DNA of 64,000 nucleotides from Macrostomum hystrix (lineage: Eukaryota > Animalia > Platyhelminthes): contig CATNEN010000007.1 of the NCBI GenBank assembly GCA_950097015.1, positions 6,262,001-6,326,000 on the forward strand. The letters are read 5' to 3'. The position numbers and the translations under genes are program-made. Of this stretch, positions 63,601 through 64,000 are shown piece by piece. A model generated the notes under the pieces. It worked only from the letters and a program-made list of their open reading frames with translations. It made no database searches and was not told the origin of the DNA. The first letter of the stretch is position 1; every line of letters begins with the position of its first letter.

Positions 63601-63915
63601 CTTAGAGCGCGGTTTGTAAAGGCTGGGGCCCGATGTTGGTGGGCCTCACGGTCCCCGGCGCCACCCGGCGGAGCCGACTGGGCGGGGGTCGGCAGATCAG
63701 TGTTGCCGGCAGACTGGCGGAGGCGGCCTTTCATTCGCCCTCGCCGGTTGCGTTCCCTTCGCCGCTCGGTGCGACGTCGGGTGCTTCGCTGTCCACGCCG
63801 TCCTCCCAACCTGCCGCACTTGGCAGCCGCAGCACCAGGGCGCGGCTCTCCGTGTTGGCCGAGGCAAGCGCTGGGGACTCCAGCGTCACCAGGAGGCGGC
63901 GGCATTTATTTGCAC
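60678..63915 (-). mobile_element. RTE-clade non-LTR retrotransposon, apparently intact, antisense in cadherin intron 3
   Basis: Single ORF; ~45-nt 3' UTR; (TTA)n tail at ~60678-60692; 5' boundary uncertain. Confidence 0.92.
60738..63905 (-). CDS. APE endonuclease-reverse transcriptase, 1055 aa
   Basis: APE: TFNCRTL, LQE, YAPT, GDLNA, LDHVL, SDH. RT: RGISL, QNGFR, FVDFLKAFDSV, GVLQGDTLAPFLF, YADD, YLG. RTE-type C-terminus RRLRLAGHVIR. No stops. Confidence 0.96.
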   Translation of the reverse strand: MPPPPGDAGVPSACLGQHGEPRPGAAAAKCGRLGGRRGQRSTRRRTERRRERNRRGRMKGRLRQSAGNTDLPTPAQSAPPGGAGDREAHQHRAPAFTNRALRLATFNCRTLKSAWRRGMLAKLASDLRLDLVMLQEVSITAESGLHREDLGSGWTLHYTSADSRGRGGVGVLVGPRLRESICCVSLSARLLRVDVRLRRRNVRLFCAYAPTAAHQQEAQEFFEFLSEQLEMVAHRDTVVMLGDLNAVAPRSQRCPFVSPRQNANTAALADLMARLDLVSANTRFRKPPNRLATFAGCKRRRRNARGRFATTRLAQLDHVLIRHRERSRLQNCDTMEPLAVRSDHRLLYCDLRLSDPLYRPPKRPRRRYFRALQDPGTRSRFAYAFATALGSAQAPDYSTISSAIATAAAKTLPLMEPASRQLPVWASDPEVREARRTVEQLRRARRPTSDAEKALADAYASRQKAAVDDAIRAVTSVGPERQNRVVWPVVNALTGRKTKAALNLAGDTAEERRNELRTFFAAIVNAPPPTLPNEMPLPPEVALPRQEDFDTSPVTSTDIVEFARRAPGGRAPGPDEVPVEALRVTRVATEVARVMNGVLAGGPAPREWTQATIVGIPKKPGTTKKEEHRGISLMSCAAKLFNRVLLARLQPVLDSFLRYEQNGFRPRRGTVTQILALRRIIEEARIHQSSLVVIFVDFLKAFDSVARGALPHVLRAYNIPQQLISAIMALYQDTTAVVATPDGPSDLFSTTSGVLQGDTLAPFLFVLVMDWVLRTGLPTAEDGFLLQRRTSRRHPEKKLSVLGYADDLALLSTTAEGAQRLLDGLTAAAARVGLAINAMKTEVLTVPQNLPAEIRLRDGDGPGTVLPKCRQFVYLGGLVPDVGDDLARRRGKAWAAYRSVRAVLLSEALSNGARSQLFQAVVETALLYNAETWTMTGALEAQLDAAHAALVRAAFGARRGPGSETTESLYQRARLTRPSVLLSQRRLRLAGHVIRAEAYCPEPLQDVLLWTSQGPRRRGQGRTARYIDRLFEDARAPSQAAGVKHVRDLALKRAF

Positions 63916-63920
63916 TAGGG

Positions 63921-64000
63921 TGCAAATAATTTAACACTGCAAATAATTTAACACTGCAAATAATTTAACACTGCAAATAATTTAACACTGCAAATAATTT
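63921..64000. repeat. Perfect 17-bp array (TGCAAATAATTTAACAC), >=4.7 copies, runs off window
   Basis: Exact tandem copies 15 nt upstream of the RTE ORF start. Confidence 0.97.

Noticed and set aside
232-64000. Tandem arrays as CRISPR loci
   Set aside because: Units are contiguous with no unique spacers, there are no cas genes, and the context is eukaryotic.

Overview
Eukaryotic (metazoan) genomic DNA: GC-rich exons with GT-AG introns, poly-Q/poly-A tracts and a very high density of unrelated minisatellites. The style is consistent with a free-living flatworm such as Macrostomum (inference only). Recognisable genes are an intronless aquaglyceroporin, a gustatory-receptor-like 7TM channel, calcineurin B, ANKRD6/diversin (diego), a choline/ethanolamine kinase with two alternative first coding exons, an RA-RA-PDZ protein, APC10 and the 5' part of a cadherin. 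There is also a protein with a YAP/FAM181-type TEAD-binding motif, and several orphan genes reconstructed from phase-consistent splice sites. Mobile DNA comprises an intact RTE-clade LINE, two tRNA-SINE families with TSDs, a hAT MITE, a THAP/P-like remnant, an RNase H LINE remnant and a Crypton-mariner in-frame chimera. The most striking pattern is about 20 tandem arrays with unrelated units (4-41 bp), most of them docked against or overlapping splice sites; one amplifies a donor site 8 times and one fills a whole intron. The RTE element is bracketed on both ends by perfect arrays, each joined to it through a short inverted repeat. Exon coordinates were read by eye and have no transcript support.
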